In this document: piece after piece, positions 37,651-49,699 of the stretch
Numbering within the stretch: position 1 is the first letter of the stretch
Layout: each line of letters begins with the position of its first letter
Origin: Hypanus sabinus
Taxonomy: Eukaryota
DNA length: 64,000 nt
Direction of reading: 5' to 3'
NCBI RefSeq assembly: GCF_030144855.1
Contig: NC_082706.1
Location: 20,584,001 to 20,648,000 of the forward strand
Notes under the pieces: generated by a model
The model's database searches: none
Told to the model about the DNA's origin: nothing
The model's input: only the letters and a program-made list of their open reading frames with translations
Translations under genes and position numbers: made by a program

Positions 37651-38481
37651 TGTGAAGTAACAAGTAATTAGAAACTCAGGGCCATCCTTCAACAAAGATG
37701 TTTTGTTGGATCGTCCTGCAATCTGATTGTGGTTCCTCTTATGTAGAGAACATAATGTATTGAGCAATTAAACAGGCACACTAAATTAGAAGCAATATGA
37801 TTGAATTGCTGCTTTATCTGGAATGAATGTTTAAGTTCCTGAAAGAAGTGAAAGGGTAGATGCTTCATCTCCTATAGTTGTGTAGTGGAAGATCTATGAG
37901 AAAGGGCATAGATTGGGACCATGGACACAGACTCATTGGAACACTGAATGGGAAAGAGAGAGGGAGCTAAGTCAGGTGATGAATATTCACTTGGAATTGG
38001 AGCTGGTGGGGTGGAATCCTTGACTGGTGTGAGACCAGAAGCACATGGAAATGAATGAGTGCAGTTGAGAACCCTGTCTATCTTTCTGGACAGTTTCACA
38101 AAGAGAAAGATGTCTCACAAACACTGTTTGGATGGTGACATCATCAGAACAAAATTGAACTGTTTCATTCAGTCTGCCCTCATTTCTACCATATTCCCCA
38201 TTTCTTGTGGGCTCTCTGCCTTCCCCCCTTCCCTATGACTTCCTTCCTTCAAATGATGGCAAGACATCAACATGAAACACTGACAAAGTTTCTTCCTGCA
38301 TCTACAGTATTTCCTCATTGCTACCATCAGGGAGGAGGTACAGGAACCAAAGTCACACACTCAATATTTTAGGAGCAGCTTCTTCCACTTCATCAGATTT
38401 CTGAATGGACAATGAACTTACCTGTGAATACTACCTTACTGTTTTGCTGTATATTTGCAATATTTGATTAATTTAATTTAT

Positions 38482-38482
<1 letters not shown>

Positions 38483-38533
<51 letters not shown>

Positions 38534-38534
38534 A
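38483..38534. repeat. (GT)n microsatellite inside a Rex1 3'UTR
   Basis: Direct observation. Confidence 0.95.
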
Positions 38535-39079
38535 TTTCTTATTATAATTTATAGTTTTTTTTCACTATTGCACCGTACTGGTGTCATAAAACAACAAATG
38601 GTAATGATATTAAACCTGATTTTGATTAATTTTTAATCGTGTTTTGTGATCAACTATTATGCTTCCAATCACATAACGTGTAAAATGAATATATCAAGTA
38701 ATTAACTTTGTGTATATTTGGGTGATACAAGAAGGCTTTGGCAACTTAGTGAATATCTCCATAGATACAGATATCACATTTTCAGAAAATTTTGATAATT
38801 ATTTTTATCCATGAACTTTGATGGTGTTTTGCTGAACTCCACTGTATTGGAAAGAAAATCCTTCCTTCCCAGTGTTCTATTCTAAGAGCACTACAGCTAA
38901 GTTTATTTACAGTATACAGTTGGATTAACTTTATTTGTCACATGTATAGCGAAACATCGAAACATAGAGTGAAATGTGTCATTTACATCAATGACCAACA
39001 CATACCGCGGATGTGCTGAGGTCATCCTGCAAGTGTTGCCATGATTCCAGCACCAACCTCACTTGCCCATAATTTACTA

Positions 39080-39245
39080 ACCCTAACCTGTACGTTGTTG
39101 TGGAATGTAGAAGGAAACTGGGAGCACCTGGAGTGAACTCAGGCAGTCACAGGGAAAACATACAAACTCCTTACAGAAAGCAGTGAAAATCAGACTCCAA
39201 TCGATTTTTCAGCCTGCACTAACCGCTATGCTGCTGTGTCACCCC
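39080..39245 (-). mobile_element. V-domain SINE fragment
   Basis: 'aggaaactgggagcacctggag..gtcacagggaaaacatacaaactcctt'. Confidence 0.7.
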
Positions 39246-39514
39246 ATGTACCAAAAATATTACAAAAGAAGTTTCATCAGAATATTATCCAAAGAAAAAT
39301 CTGGCATTGAGTCATATAAGAAGATATAAAATCAACTGGCCAATAACATTGTTCTGGCGATGGTAGGAAATGAATGGGTCAAAGGGCATCTGCCTTATTT
39401 TCTCTGGCTGCATGGGAAGATTCCAAGTGTGGGAGTTAGTGGATATGGAACAATAAAAGGAGAATCACAATAGAAATTGTCCCTTACGAATACCAAGAGG
39501 AGGTGAGGTTGCAG

Positions 39515-39785
39515 AAAGGGTGAAAGATGAAAAGTTTAATGGGACCATGAGGAGAAACTTCTTCGCTCGTGCCGTGAGAGTATGGAACAAGCTACCAGTG
39601 CAAGAGGTGCCTACGAGCTCGATTTCAATGTTTAAGAGAAGTTTAGGTAGATACATGGATGGTAGGGGTATGGTGGACTATGGTGCCAGTGAAGGGCAAT
39701 CTGAACAGGTGGATAAAATGGTTCAGCACAGGCTAGATGGGCTGAAGGGCCAGTTCTTATTCTGTAGTTTTCTATGACTATGACT
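39515..39785 (+). mobile_element. CR1 3' end
   Basis: 'EKFNGTMRRNFFARAVRVWNKLP'; (CTATGA)n tail. Confidence 0.8.
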
Positions 39786-42114
39786 AAATGACAGAGTTGA
39801 ATTGAAGGCTGAGGGGGTGGAAGGCGAAGATTAGAGAAATGCAGTGGGTGGTGGGAGAGCGCACGAGCAGGAAAGCTCCACAATTCATTGGAGCAAAGTG
39901 GTGGGAGCTTTCACACGCATCATTAAGGAGGAAAAAGAGGTGTAGAGGTGGAGCAGTCTTTGGGATGGCACAAAATGTAGTACGAATCTCATGTCTAAAA
40001 TGACCCTCAATATTGCAACAATGGCCAGGAAATGCAATGAGCCAAGAGGCAAAACAGCTTCATATGAAATGGGTTCTGATGAGAAGAGCTCCAGTTTTCC
40101 CAAAATGGAGGGACCTTCTAATCAGCCATCAGTGGAAATGGGATAATATTTCTGACACTTAGGAAGGATCTAGAGATATGCAGTGAGAGGGAGCAAAAGA
40201 TTACTAAAGTACAGGTGGAAACAACACCATAGCTCAACACAGGGGAAATAACAACTTAAGATAAGGCTATGAGATAAATCAATGCCTCAGACTCTGCTAG
40301 GTGACCAAATTTGCCCCACAATCCCATGCCTGGATTCGAGCCTAAACCTTATCAACCTATTTCTCCGCACAGATGCTGGTTGGTCTGCTGAATTCCTCCT
40401 GCACAATGTTTGTTACCCCATGTTTAAGGTGCCTCGAGTTTCATGACAAGATACTTAATACTATTCCTTATGTTGCATCCTGGGAAATTTAAAGGTAAAC
40501 GAAAGAGGATAGGAATACAAGAGCATAAGAAATGAGAGGAATAGTTCAGTTGCCCTGTCAAGCCGTGCTGCCATTGAGTACTGTATAATCGAGGCTGATC
40601 TGCCCCTGGATGCTTAGAAATTAATTTCAATTATCTGTGAGTATTATTACCATTCCATTGGAGGTTTATGCATTGAACCACAAATTAATATCTAAGGTAG
40701 TCATTTGGAACCTAAGAAAAGCAGACTTGGTAGATAATTCTCTAGTTACATAATAAAGTGAATTTTGCTGAACATCATCAGCTTGTCATGATTTGGAGGC
40801 TTATAAGTTCCTAAGATCCCAAGAGCAATGCCATCTGGAGCCTCGCTCCTGGTAGGGTCACCCATGCAGTTAGGTCAAGGAGGAGGTTCTTGAGAAAGAG
40901 CAATCCAACCAAGACCTGAACGGTGGAGCTGGCAGAAGATGATGGTGTGTCACAACGGCAGTGAAGGTAGAGAAAGTGTATTCCGTGCCACTGGAACCCG
41001 ATCCCGATCTGTCAAGAGCAGTATGGGAGCTGCCCGTGCAACAGCCTCCCCATTTTAAACAGTGTCATGCACGGGCGTTCTCCATTAAGAGAATAACCTT
41101 TGAGAAGAACAACGTCACAAGTGATCACACTATTATAAATATGACATAATAAAATGAGGGGAAGCAAATGAACATAGCCCCCCCCCCCCAGCCACATAGG
41201 TAAGGGGAAAGGGAAGAGAAATGTTAGAGCAGGGTAGTCTGGAATAATCACGTCAAAAGCAAAAGGAGGATTATAGAATACAAGGAGGCACTTAACCTTG
41301 TCGCAATCACATGATGTTGGTTTTGATAATAATGCAGAGGATTAAAGAACTAAAATTAGCCAAGAGAATCTTCAGTATTTCTCAGGAAGTTAGAAATCCA
41401 TTGTAATTGCCACAACAGCTGTATTTAGGGAAGCAGACAGCTTCAGTAAATAGGGTTTGAATCAATTCAATATAAAGAGACCGTCGAGGGAATAATACTT
41501 TTGGGAGAGGCATATACCAGCCTATGAAGGCTAAGATTAACTGCAATTCCTTGACTTCCTACTGATCTCAGAGGTTTCAGATGGGAAGTTGATAATTAAC
41601 TCTGCACGAGAAGTAAAACTAAAGAGAAGCAAAGGAGGAATTATAGTGAAAGCAATAAAGAGGCTAGTTCATTATGTTCAATGGAGTACTAGTGAGTTCA
41701 ATGGCTAGTTTCTCTATTTAAAGAGTAGATTAAACCCAGTAATTCAGTCCTTGAAGTACCTGAATAGATATAAAATAACAGAGATGAGGAAATCGGAGAA
41801 TGTTTCAGCAGCCAAACCGACTGAATAAAGAAACAAGCCACAGAGTAATTGATGAAATTACAAAGAAAGACTTAGGTTTGTAGCACTCTTAATAACCTCA
41901 TGATATTAAGAGCATAAGGCCATTAGACTTTGGAGCAGAATGAAGTCATTCAGCCGATTGAGTCTGCTCTGCCATAGTTGACTTACATTCTCTCTCAACC
42001 CCATTCCCCTGTCTTCTCTCCATAATATTTGACACCTTTCCAAATCAAGAACTTATAAATCTCCTTCTTAAATAGAAAAAAACCACAATTTCATCAAACA
42101 GAAAATCGAACAAT

Positions 42115-42470
42115 AAGTAGTGGATATTTCTCAGTCCATCATGGGTAAAGCTCCCCACAGCATTGACTACATCTACACAAAGCATTGTTGCAGGAAAGCT
42201 GTATCCATCATCAGGGGCCCACACCACCCAGGGCATGCTCTCTTCTTGCTGCTGCCATCAGGAAGAAGGTTCAGGAGACTCAGGACTCACACCATCAGGT
42301 TCAGAAAAAGTTGTTACCTCTCAACCATCAAACACTCAAAACTAAGGGGGATAGCTTCACTCAGTTTCACTGGCCCCATCACTCAACTGTTCCCAGAACC
42401 TATGGTCTCACTTTCAGGGACTTTTCATCTCATGTTTTCAATATTTATTTCTTATTTATTTATTATTATA
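42115..42470 (+). mobile_element. Rex1/Babar 3' end
   Basis: 'SIIRGPHHPGHALFLLLPSGRRFRRLRTHTIRFRKS'. Confidence 0.85.
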
Positions 42471-42489
42471 ACCATGACGATTACTACTA

Positions 42490-42950
42490 TTATGTTTTTA
42501 ATTTTTCTCAGCTCAAGCTGGTAAAACCTAAGGTACAGAATAGCCAAACACATTCATTTCTCAGTTGCTAGGAACTTTCGGATTATTCTGGTGATGTTTA
42601 GTTTTGTGGCTTTCTGAAGATTTACATAAACAGGCCTAATTGTTTAATGCTATTGTGTATTGATTTGAGATGATAGTTGTGGATATTACTATCGGGAAAA
42701 TGTATACCCTGTTCATGTTCCAAACTCTTTCAATTTCCTCTTTTAATTCAGCATATTTCTGATATTTTTCACATATATCAGAAAAATATATGTGATATTT
42801 GGAATGGCTATATTTATTAAGTAATTTGTTCTTGTATCCTATAATATTAAGTCTGGATGGCTATTGTGGATTGTCCTATCTGTAATAATAGGTTAGTCAT
42901 AATATAATTTGGAATATAATAATCATAATGAACTTTTCTTTAATATCTGG
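42490..42950 (-). mobile_element. R4/Dong-like RLE retroposon 3' end (copy A)
   Basis: Homologous to ~44135-44570; minus strand encodes 'TIHNSHPDLIL*DTRTNYLINIAIPNI' (PD..D RLE-like); ends beside TAA-like repeats. Confidence 0.75.
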
Positions 42951-42969
42951 TCAAACAGGGTGACGCATA

Positions 42970-44130
42970 ATCATGTAACAAGCTGCGTTAGGGAGGAAAA
43001 TGAACACATTCACAAAATTGAAGACATGTAAACACCTGAAGTTAAAATAGATTTGCTAAAAGTGGTTATAAAATATACTCACAACTAGAAGAGTACCATC
43101 AGCAATAATATTTATAATTTTTACTCGCCCTCATCCATTGCTATTAATACATATGAACAATTTTCTTAAAATCCTGAAAAAGTGCCCAAATTTTTGACAG
43201 AAGGTAAAACACTTCTCTTACCTAAAAGAGAGATCAGAAGTGACCTATCAAAATACTGTCCCATTTCTTGTCTACAAACTATTTATAAAATTGTAACATT
43301 CTGCACCTCGCAACTGATCTCCACTCACTTAGATAACCAGAAAATACTTACAGAAGAACAGAAAGAACACTGTAAGGGTATGGAAGGATCTAAAGAACAA
43401 CTGATAATAGATTCTGTAATTCTAAATCAAGTCTGGAGGAAAAGCAGAAAATGTTAATTTTGTTGTACTATCTATTAGCAAACAAAAAAGAACAACCACA
43501 GTTATCAAAGAAACTAAGGCATTTTTCAGGGCGAATCTCTAAGCCCAGAATGGTCTTGTCTAGCTTTAAACTATTCTCTAATTTACTCAGTCAGACAAAA
43601 ATAGGGTATCATTATCAGAAACAGCCAAACGAATCATACCTTGACATTCCTTCTATACAGGTACAATCTGAAATTATATGCTCCTTCATCAGTAACGCTA
43701 AAGCAATTAATTCAAATTTTAGCAACACACACAAAATGCTGGAGGAGCTCTGCAGGCCAGGCAGCATCTATGGAAAAGAGTATATTCGAAGTTTCAGGCT
43801 GAAATGTCAACTGTACTGTTTTCCATAGATGCTGCCTGACCTGCTGAGCTCCTCCAGCATTTTGTGTGTGTTGCTTGGGTTTCCAGCAGCTGCAGATGTT
43901 CTCTTGCTTGTAATTCAAATAGTAGAACTATTCGCTAAAGATATAAACATGAACTTTGGACTGGATAAGTGTGGAACCTTAAACATAAAGAGAGATGCGA
44001 TAGAGTGAGTGAAATATAAAACAGAGCAGCAGGATACAATACAATACAACTGATGGATGAATATAAAACATGTAAGTATTTGGGATATCAACAAGCAAAG
44101 AAAATAGATCATAGTGTGATAATGAGAAAA
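42970..44130 (+). mobile_element. R4/Dong-like RT fragment, inverted relative to its neighbours
   Basis: 'PKFLTEGKTLLLPK..SKYCPISCLQTIYKI..LTEEQK..GSKEQLIIDSVIL'; 'NMNFGLDKC'. Confidence 0.8.
43718..43910. mobile_element. Penelope-derived fold-back mini-element with 10-bp TSD
   Basis: Inverted arms centred at ~43798; taattcaaat at 43708-43717 and 43911-43920. Confidence 0.85.
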
Positions 44131-44134
44131 TTAT

Positions 44135-45680
44135 TGTTATTACTTTTAATTTTTCTCAGCTCAAGCTGGTAAAACCTCAGGCATGGGCATAGGCAAGCGC
44201 ACTCATTTTTAAGTTACTAGGAACTTTCAGACTATTCCAGCGGTGTTTAGTACTGTGACTGCCCAGAGACTTACATAAATATTGTTGTATAGGCCTAATC
44301 ATTAAATGCTATTGTCTACTGGCTTTAGGATCATACCATTTGTAGATATGACTATTGGACTTGTATACCCTTTTCAGGTTCCATAGTCTTTCAATTTCCT
44401 TTTTTAATTCAGCATATTTCTGATGTTTTTCACTTACTGATTTGGGGAAGTTATATGTGTTTGGAATGACTATATCTATTAAGTGAGTTGTTCCTTTTTG
44501 TTTGTCCTGTATTATTATATCCAGGCAGCTATGATGATTGGGCAATCTGTAATAACAGATTTGTTATAATGCGTAAGACTCAGGCACTAAAACTGGATCA
44601 GGCTTGCATTCATAGTAAGCTATGGTTTCTTATGAGTTTATGAGTGAATGATGTTTACCTGTGTAAGTACTCAGATTGAGTTAAACTGCTGCAGGATCCT
44701 GTAGTGTGTTGGACTGTTTCTGGTTTCTTTTGGCATTTTCTGCATTTATCATTTTGAATGTGTGGTCTTTTATGATGTATTTTTGAGAATATTTTGTGTT
44801 AATCACCTGGTCTTGTATTTTCACAAGGAACCCTCTGTTTCTGGGAAGAGGCATCCAATTCAGATTCAGGTATTTGACACTTCCTTATCAACATTTAGAC
44901 CACTCAGATTGTGGGTATGTCTTCCATGGAGGGGCATGTTTTTCTTCAATAGTGATAATTTCTTCATTTTCTGGGTTGTGGTTTCACTTAATTTTAGAGA
45001 TATGTAAAGTACTTCTGATCAGTTTCAATATATTTGTGTGGCGTGCTGAATCCTGTTTTCATAAATGAAATAGATCCTTAGGAGTTCTGTCTATAGTGTA
45101 ATTCATTTATGTCTGTTAGCCCTCCTCTTCCTCCTGCCCTAGCTAGTATTAATCTAAGCAAGTTCGAGTGTACATAGTGTTTTCTAACATTTGTCATTCC
45201 AGTTCTTATTTTATATATTTTCCAGTTTGGTTTCAGATCAAAATATTATGCCGAAAGAACATAGCAAAATAATACAGGTATAGCAAAAGTGTTTATTGCC
45301 CTTGCTTATATTTTTACTATTGAGCTCTGTTTGGCAGATTTTCTTAAGCCTTGAAATAAATTCTCCTGAAAGTTTTCCTAAAATCACTTTATGATCTATT
45401 ATATTTGTTAATATCACAGATTCTTATACAATTCATATTCATCCATTGCTTGTCTTGTATCCTGCTGCTCCTGTTTGTATTCTATTAGCTCTATTGCATC
45501 TTCCTTTATGTTCAATGTCCTGCACATCTAGTCCAAGGTTCATGTTTCGATCTTTAGCAAATAGTTCCATTATTTGAATTAATTGCTTTAGCTTTACAGA
45601 TAAAGGAGCATATCATTTCAAATGGTCCATGTATAGAGGTTTGGTTGCTTCTGATTTGATACCCAAGTTTCATCTGATTC
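44135..45680 (-). mobile_element. R4/Dong-like retroposon 3' 1.5 kb (copy B)
   Basis: 'LDIIIQDKQKGTTHLIDIVIPNTYN..EKHQKYAELKKEIERLW' (RLE domain); upstream CCHC-like 'KCRKCQKKPETVQHTTGSC'. Confidence 0.8.
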
Positions 45681-46315
45681 AGTAGAGAGTGGATTTAAAG
45701 TGAGACATTATTATTAATATTATTATTATTTCCTTTTTTGTTTCTTTTTGTATTTGCACAGTGTTCGTCTTTTGTAGTGTTTGGCTGTCTTTCCTGTTAG
45801 TGTGGTTTTTCATTGATTCTATTATGGCTATTGGATTTATTGACTGCTCCCACAAGGAAACAAATCTCAAGTTTGAATATGGTGACGTATACATACTTTG
45901 ATGTTAAACTTACTTTCAATTTTGAGCTTTGAAATATACCCAGTAGGTTGACCTCCATAGTCATCTGTGGTAATGAATTCCACAGATTCATCACTTTCTT
46001 GATAAAGAAGTTCCCTCATCTCTTTCTTAAAGGAACATCCTCCTATTCTGAAGCTGTGCTTTCTGGTCCGAGACTCCAACACTATTAGAAACCTCCTCAC
46101 TGCATCCCCTCTATCTGGACTTCCAATACAGGTATTTGGTAGATTCCAATGATATCCCCCCTCATTCTTCTAAACTCAGGCGAGTACAGGCCCAGAGCTA
46201 CCAAATGCTCCTCATAATTGGGGAGTATAGACATTGTATTTGAAGTAGGATTTGCCAGTAGCATTCTGGGGTTTTGTGTTTGAATTTCAGTTAGTAAAAG
46301 ACCAAATGTTGGATC

Positions 46316-47760
46316 ATAAGACAGTAAGACATAGGAACAGAATTAGGCCACCTGACCCATCAAGTCCACACAGCCATTCAATCATGGCTGATCCTTTTCT
46401 TTTTCTCCCCCTCAACCGCAGTTCCTTTCTCCCTGTAACCTTTGATACCATGTCCAATAGAGAACCCATCAATCTCTGTCTGAAATATACCTAACATCCT
46501 GGCTTCCACAGCTGCATGTAGCAACAAATTGCACAAAGTCGCCTCCTTTTGGCTAAAGAAATTTCTCCATATCTCTGTTTTGAAAGGGTGCCCCTCTATC
46601 CTGAGGCTGTGCCCTCTTGTCCTAGAATCTACACTAAGGGAAAAGTCATTTCCACATTTACTCTGTCTAGGCCTTTCAACATTTGGAAGGTTTCAATGAG
46701 ATCCCCCCGCCCCCCCAATTTTTCTGCATTCTAACGAGTATAGACCCAAGGCCATCAAACTTTCCTCATATGATAACCCTTTCATTTGTGGAATCATCCT
46801 TGTAAACCTCCTCTGGACCCTTTTCAATCCCAGCACATTTTTTCTAAGATGAGGGGCCCAAAACTGTTCAATACTCAAGGTGAGGCCTCACCAGTGCCTT
46901 ATAAAGCCTCAGCATCACATCCTTGCTCTTGTATTCTAGACCTCTTGAAATTTGCCTTCCTCACCACCGACTCAACCTACATGTTAACCTTTAGGGTGTT
47001 CTGTGCAAAGACTCCCAAGTAACTTCATTTCTTAGATTTTTGGCTTTTCTCCATGTTTAGAAAATTGTCTGCACATTTATTTCTACTACCAAAGTGCATG
47101 ACCATGCATTTTCCAACATTGTATTTCATTTGCTACTTTCTTGCCCATTCTCCTAACCTGTCCAAATACTTCTGCATCCTACCTGCTTCCTCAACACTAC
47201 CTGTCCCTCCACCAATCTTTATATCTCCTACAAACTTGGCAACAAAGCCATCTATTCCATCATCTAAATCATTTGTACAGAGTATGAAAAGAAGTGGTCC
47301 CAATACGGACCACTTCAGACCCTGAAGAACACCATTACTCACTGGCAGCCAACCAGCAAAGGATCCTTCTTTTCTCACTCACTGCTTCCTACCAATCAGC
47401 CAGTGCTCTAACCATATTAGTAATTTTCCTGTAATACCATGGTTCTTAACTTGATAAGCAGCCTCATGTGTGGCACCATGTCAAAGCCCTTCTGAAAGTC
47501 CAAATATACAACGTTCACTGCATCCTCTTTATCTATCCTACTTGTAATCTCCTCAAAGATTTCCAACAGGTTTGTCAGGCAAGATGTTCCCTGAAGGAAA
47601 CCATGCTGACTTTGTGCTACCTTGTTGGTGTGTCATCAAATACTCCATCACCTCATCCTTAACAATTGACTCTAACATCTTCCCAACCACTGAGGTCAGG
47701 CTGACTAGTCTATAATTTCCTTTCTGCTGCCTTCCTCCTTTCTTAAAGAGTGGAGTCATA
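46316..47760 (-). mobile_element. CR1 RT plus 3' end (another fragment at ~45935-46220)
   Basis: 'TPLFKKGGRQQKGNYRLVSLTSVVGKMLESIVKD', 'SVLGPLLFIL..DLDDGIDGFVAKF'. Confidence 0.92.
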
Positions 47761-47761
47761 T

Positions 47762-48226
47762 CAACACGTACAAACAAGCTGGAGAAACTCAGCAGGTTGG
47801 GCAGCATCCTTTGAAACGAGCAGTCAACGTTTCAGGCCGAGACCCTTCGTCAGGACTGAAAAATGAGGGGGCAGGGGCCCTATAAGGAAAGTAGGGGAGG
47901 GGGGAAAGTACCAGGTGAAAAACCAATCAGAGGAAAGATCAAGTGGTGGGGGAGGGGAAGCAGGGAGGGGATAGGCAGGAGAGGTGAAGAAGGAATGTAA
48001 GGAGGAAGCACTATGGGTAGTAGAAGAAGGCAGAATCATGAGAGAGGTGATAGGCAGCGGGAAGAGGAGGCAGAGTGAAAGTGGGATGGGGAAAGGGAGA
48101 GGGCAGGAATTGCCGGAAGTGGAGAATTCGATGTTCATACCAAGGGGCTGGAGACTACCCAGACTGTATATGAGGAGTAGCTCCTCCAACCTGAGTTTGG
48201 CCTCATCATGGCAGTAGAGGAGGCCA
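47762..48226 (-). mobile_element. Penelope-like element 3' end (GIY-YIG C-terminus plus pLTR)
   Basis: 'GLLYCHDEAKLRLEELLLIYSLGSLQPLGMNIEFS' matches the PLE endonuclease end (LGTL.P.GLN). Confidence 0.85.
47821..47858 (-). ncRNA. Minimal type I hammerhead ribozyme motif
   Basis: CAGTC-CTGACGA-AGGGTCTCGGCCT-GAAA-CGTT-GACTG: stem I CAGTC/GACTG, CUGANGA and GAAA core boxes, palindromic ACGT stem III, GUU triplet. Confidence 0.8.
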
Positions 48227-49089
48227 ATCCCATTCCCATTCAGATATGTCCAAACATGTCACTGAGAGAGTGAGTTGGAGAGTTAATATGACATACAACC
48301 TCAAGTTTAAGATGGTCAATGTAGACAGAAGACAGGTGCTCTTTGAAACAATCTTCTCGTCTATCTTTGGTTTCTTCAACATAAAACAAACCAGATCTTA
48401 GTATTAAATGCAGCTCTCTAGGTTGGAAAGGGTTCAGGTGAACCTCTGCAAGAAATCTCCTGGCTTAGCTAAATCTTTTAGTTTTATAAATTTTCCGTCT
48501 CTGCACCGGAAGCTGTCTGGTTCTCTTTTGAAGACAAAAATAGTATAAAGAAGTATTGTTCCAGCTGATTTTGCAAATCTCAAGATTCACTGAGGAAAGA
48601 AAAATTGCCAAGGATTGATCCATAACAATTCATGCAATTCTTCACATAATCCTTCACTCCTCTTACATAAATAGGCCCAGTTCTTGAAACTTCACTCTAT
48701 CACTGAAGGACCTTGTCAAAGACCAAATTAACATCCATTCTCCTCAACACCATCTTGCCAATGATTTAGACGAGGACAGAATGGTCTGCTTTATTTTGTA
48801 CTGAGTTAATTTTACATTTACTGGTTTTGGCTGCTGTTTCTCTGTACTGGTCATGAACTCTTGACTGAATGGTGGATTAAAATACCTTGACCACTTACAA
48901 TATCGAATTCTGAAATAAGATTCCTTTTAAAGATTAGCTTTCAATGTCACACATAGCTCAAAACATAGAGTAAAAATTTTTCATTTGCCTAAATGATGAG
49001 GTTGCTCTGGGGGCAGCCCAGAAATATCACCAAGGTTCTGGTGCCATCATACTTATTAAACACAAGTACATCGTTAACATTAACCATAA

Positions 49090-49340
49090 CCCATACATCT
49101 TTGGGATGTGGGCAGGAACCCAGAGAAAACCTATATGGTTAAGGGAGCAACACATACAAAATGCTGGTGGAACACAGCAGGCCAGGCAGCATCTATAGGA
49201 AGAAGTACAGTCGATGTTTCGGGTCGAGACCCACTTGCAAACTTCTTATGGTCAGTGGCAAGAATTGAACCCTGATTTTACAGCTGGCACTGTAAATAAA
49301 TGTTATGCTCACCGCTCACCGCCACGTGGCCATGCTGTCC
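49090..49340 (-). mobile_element. V-SINE interrupted by a Penelope stub (49148-49232)
   Basis: Stub ends in the half hammerhead 'cagtcgatgtttcgggtcgagaccc'. Confidence 0.65.
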
Positions 49341-49699
49341 CTGCCATTGCCACATGGACCCTACTTTGAGCATTTTTACAAGCATACTTTATTTATAAAC
49401 ATTCTTTATCAGAGTAATCATTGCACATTTGCTAAGCACAGAATACAGTCAACATTCCTGTCAGCTGTTCTTTGAATAAATGTAACATATGCTCACCCTG
49501 TACTTGCAGACCATTCCTGACTGGGGTCCTGCTGACAGTATTCCAACCCTGGTTCCCTCAATGACAGAGCACAGATGTCTGCACCTCTCCAAGCTTACAC
49601 TAGAAATGTGCTTGCCAAACATCTCTCAGTGTTTGTGATAGAGATTTTCAGAAACATTTTTATTCTACAATGTGTTTGACAGTTGGCTAAGTTGGGACT

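Noticed and set aside
47860-48110. Purine/G-rich tracts (also ~33760-34030, ~62300-62560) as special structures
   Set aside because: They are the antisense of the pyrimidine-rich Penelope 3'UTR
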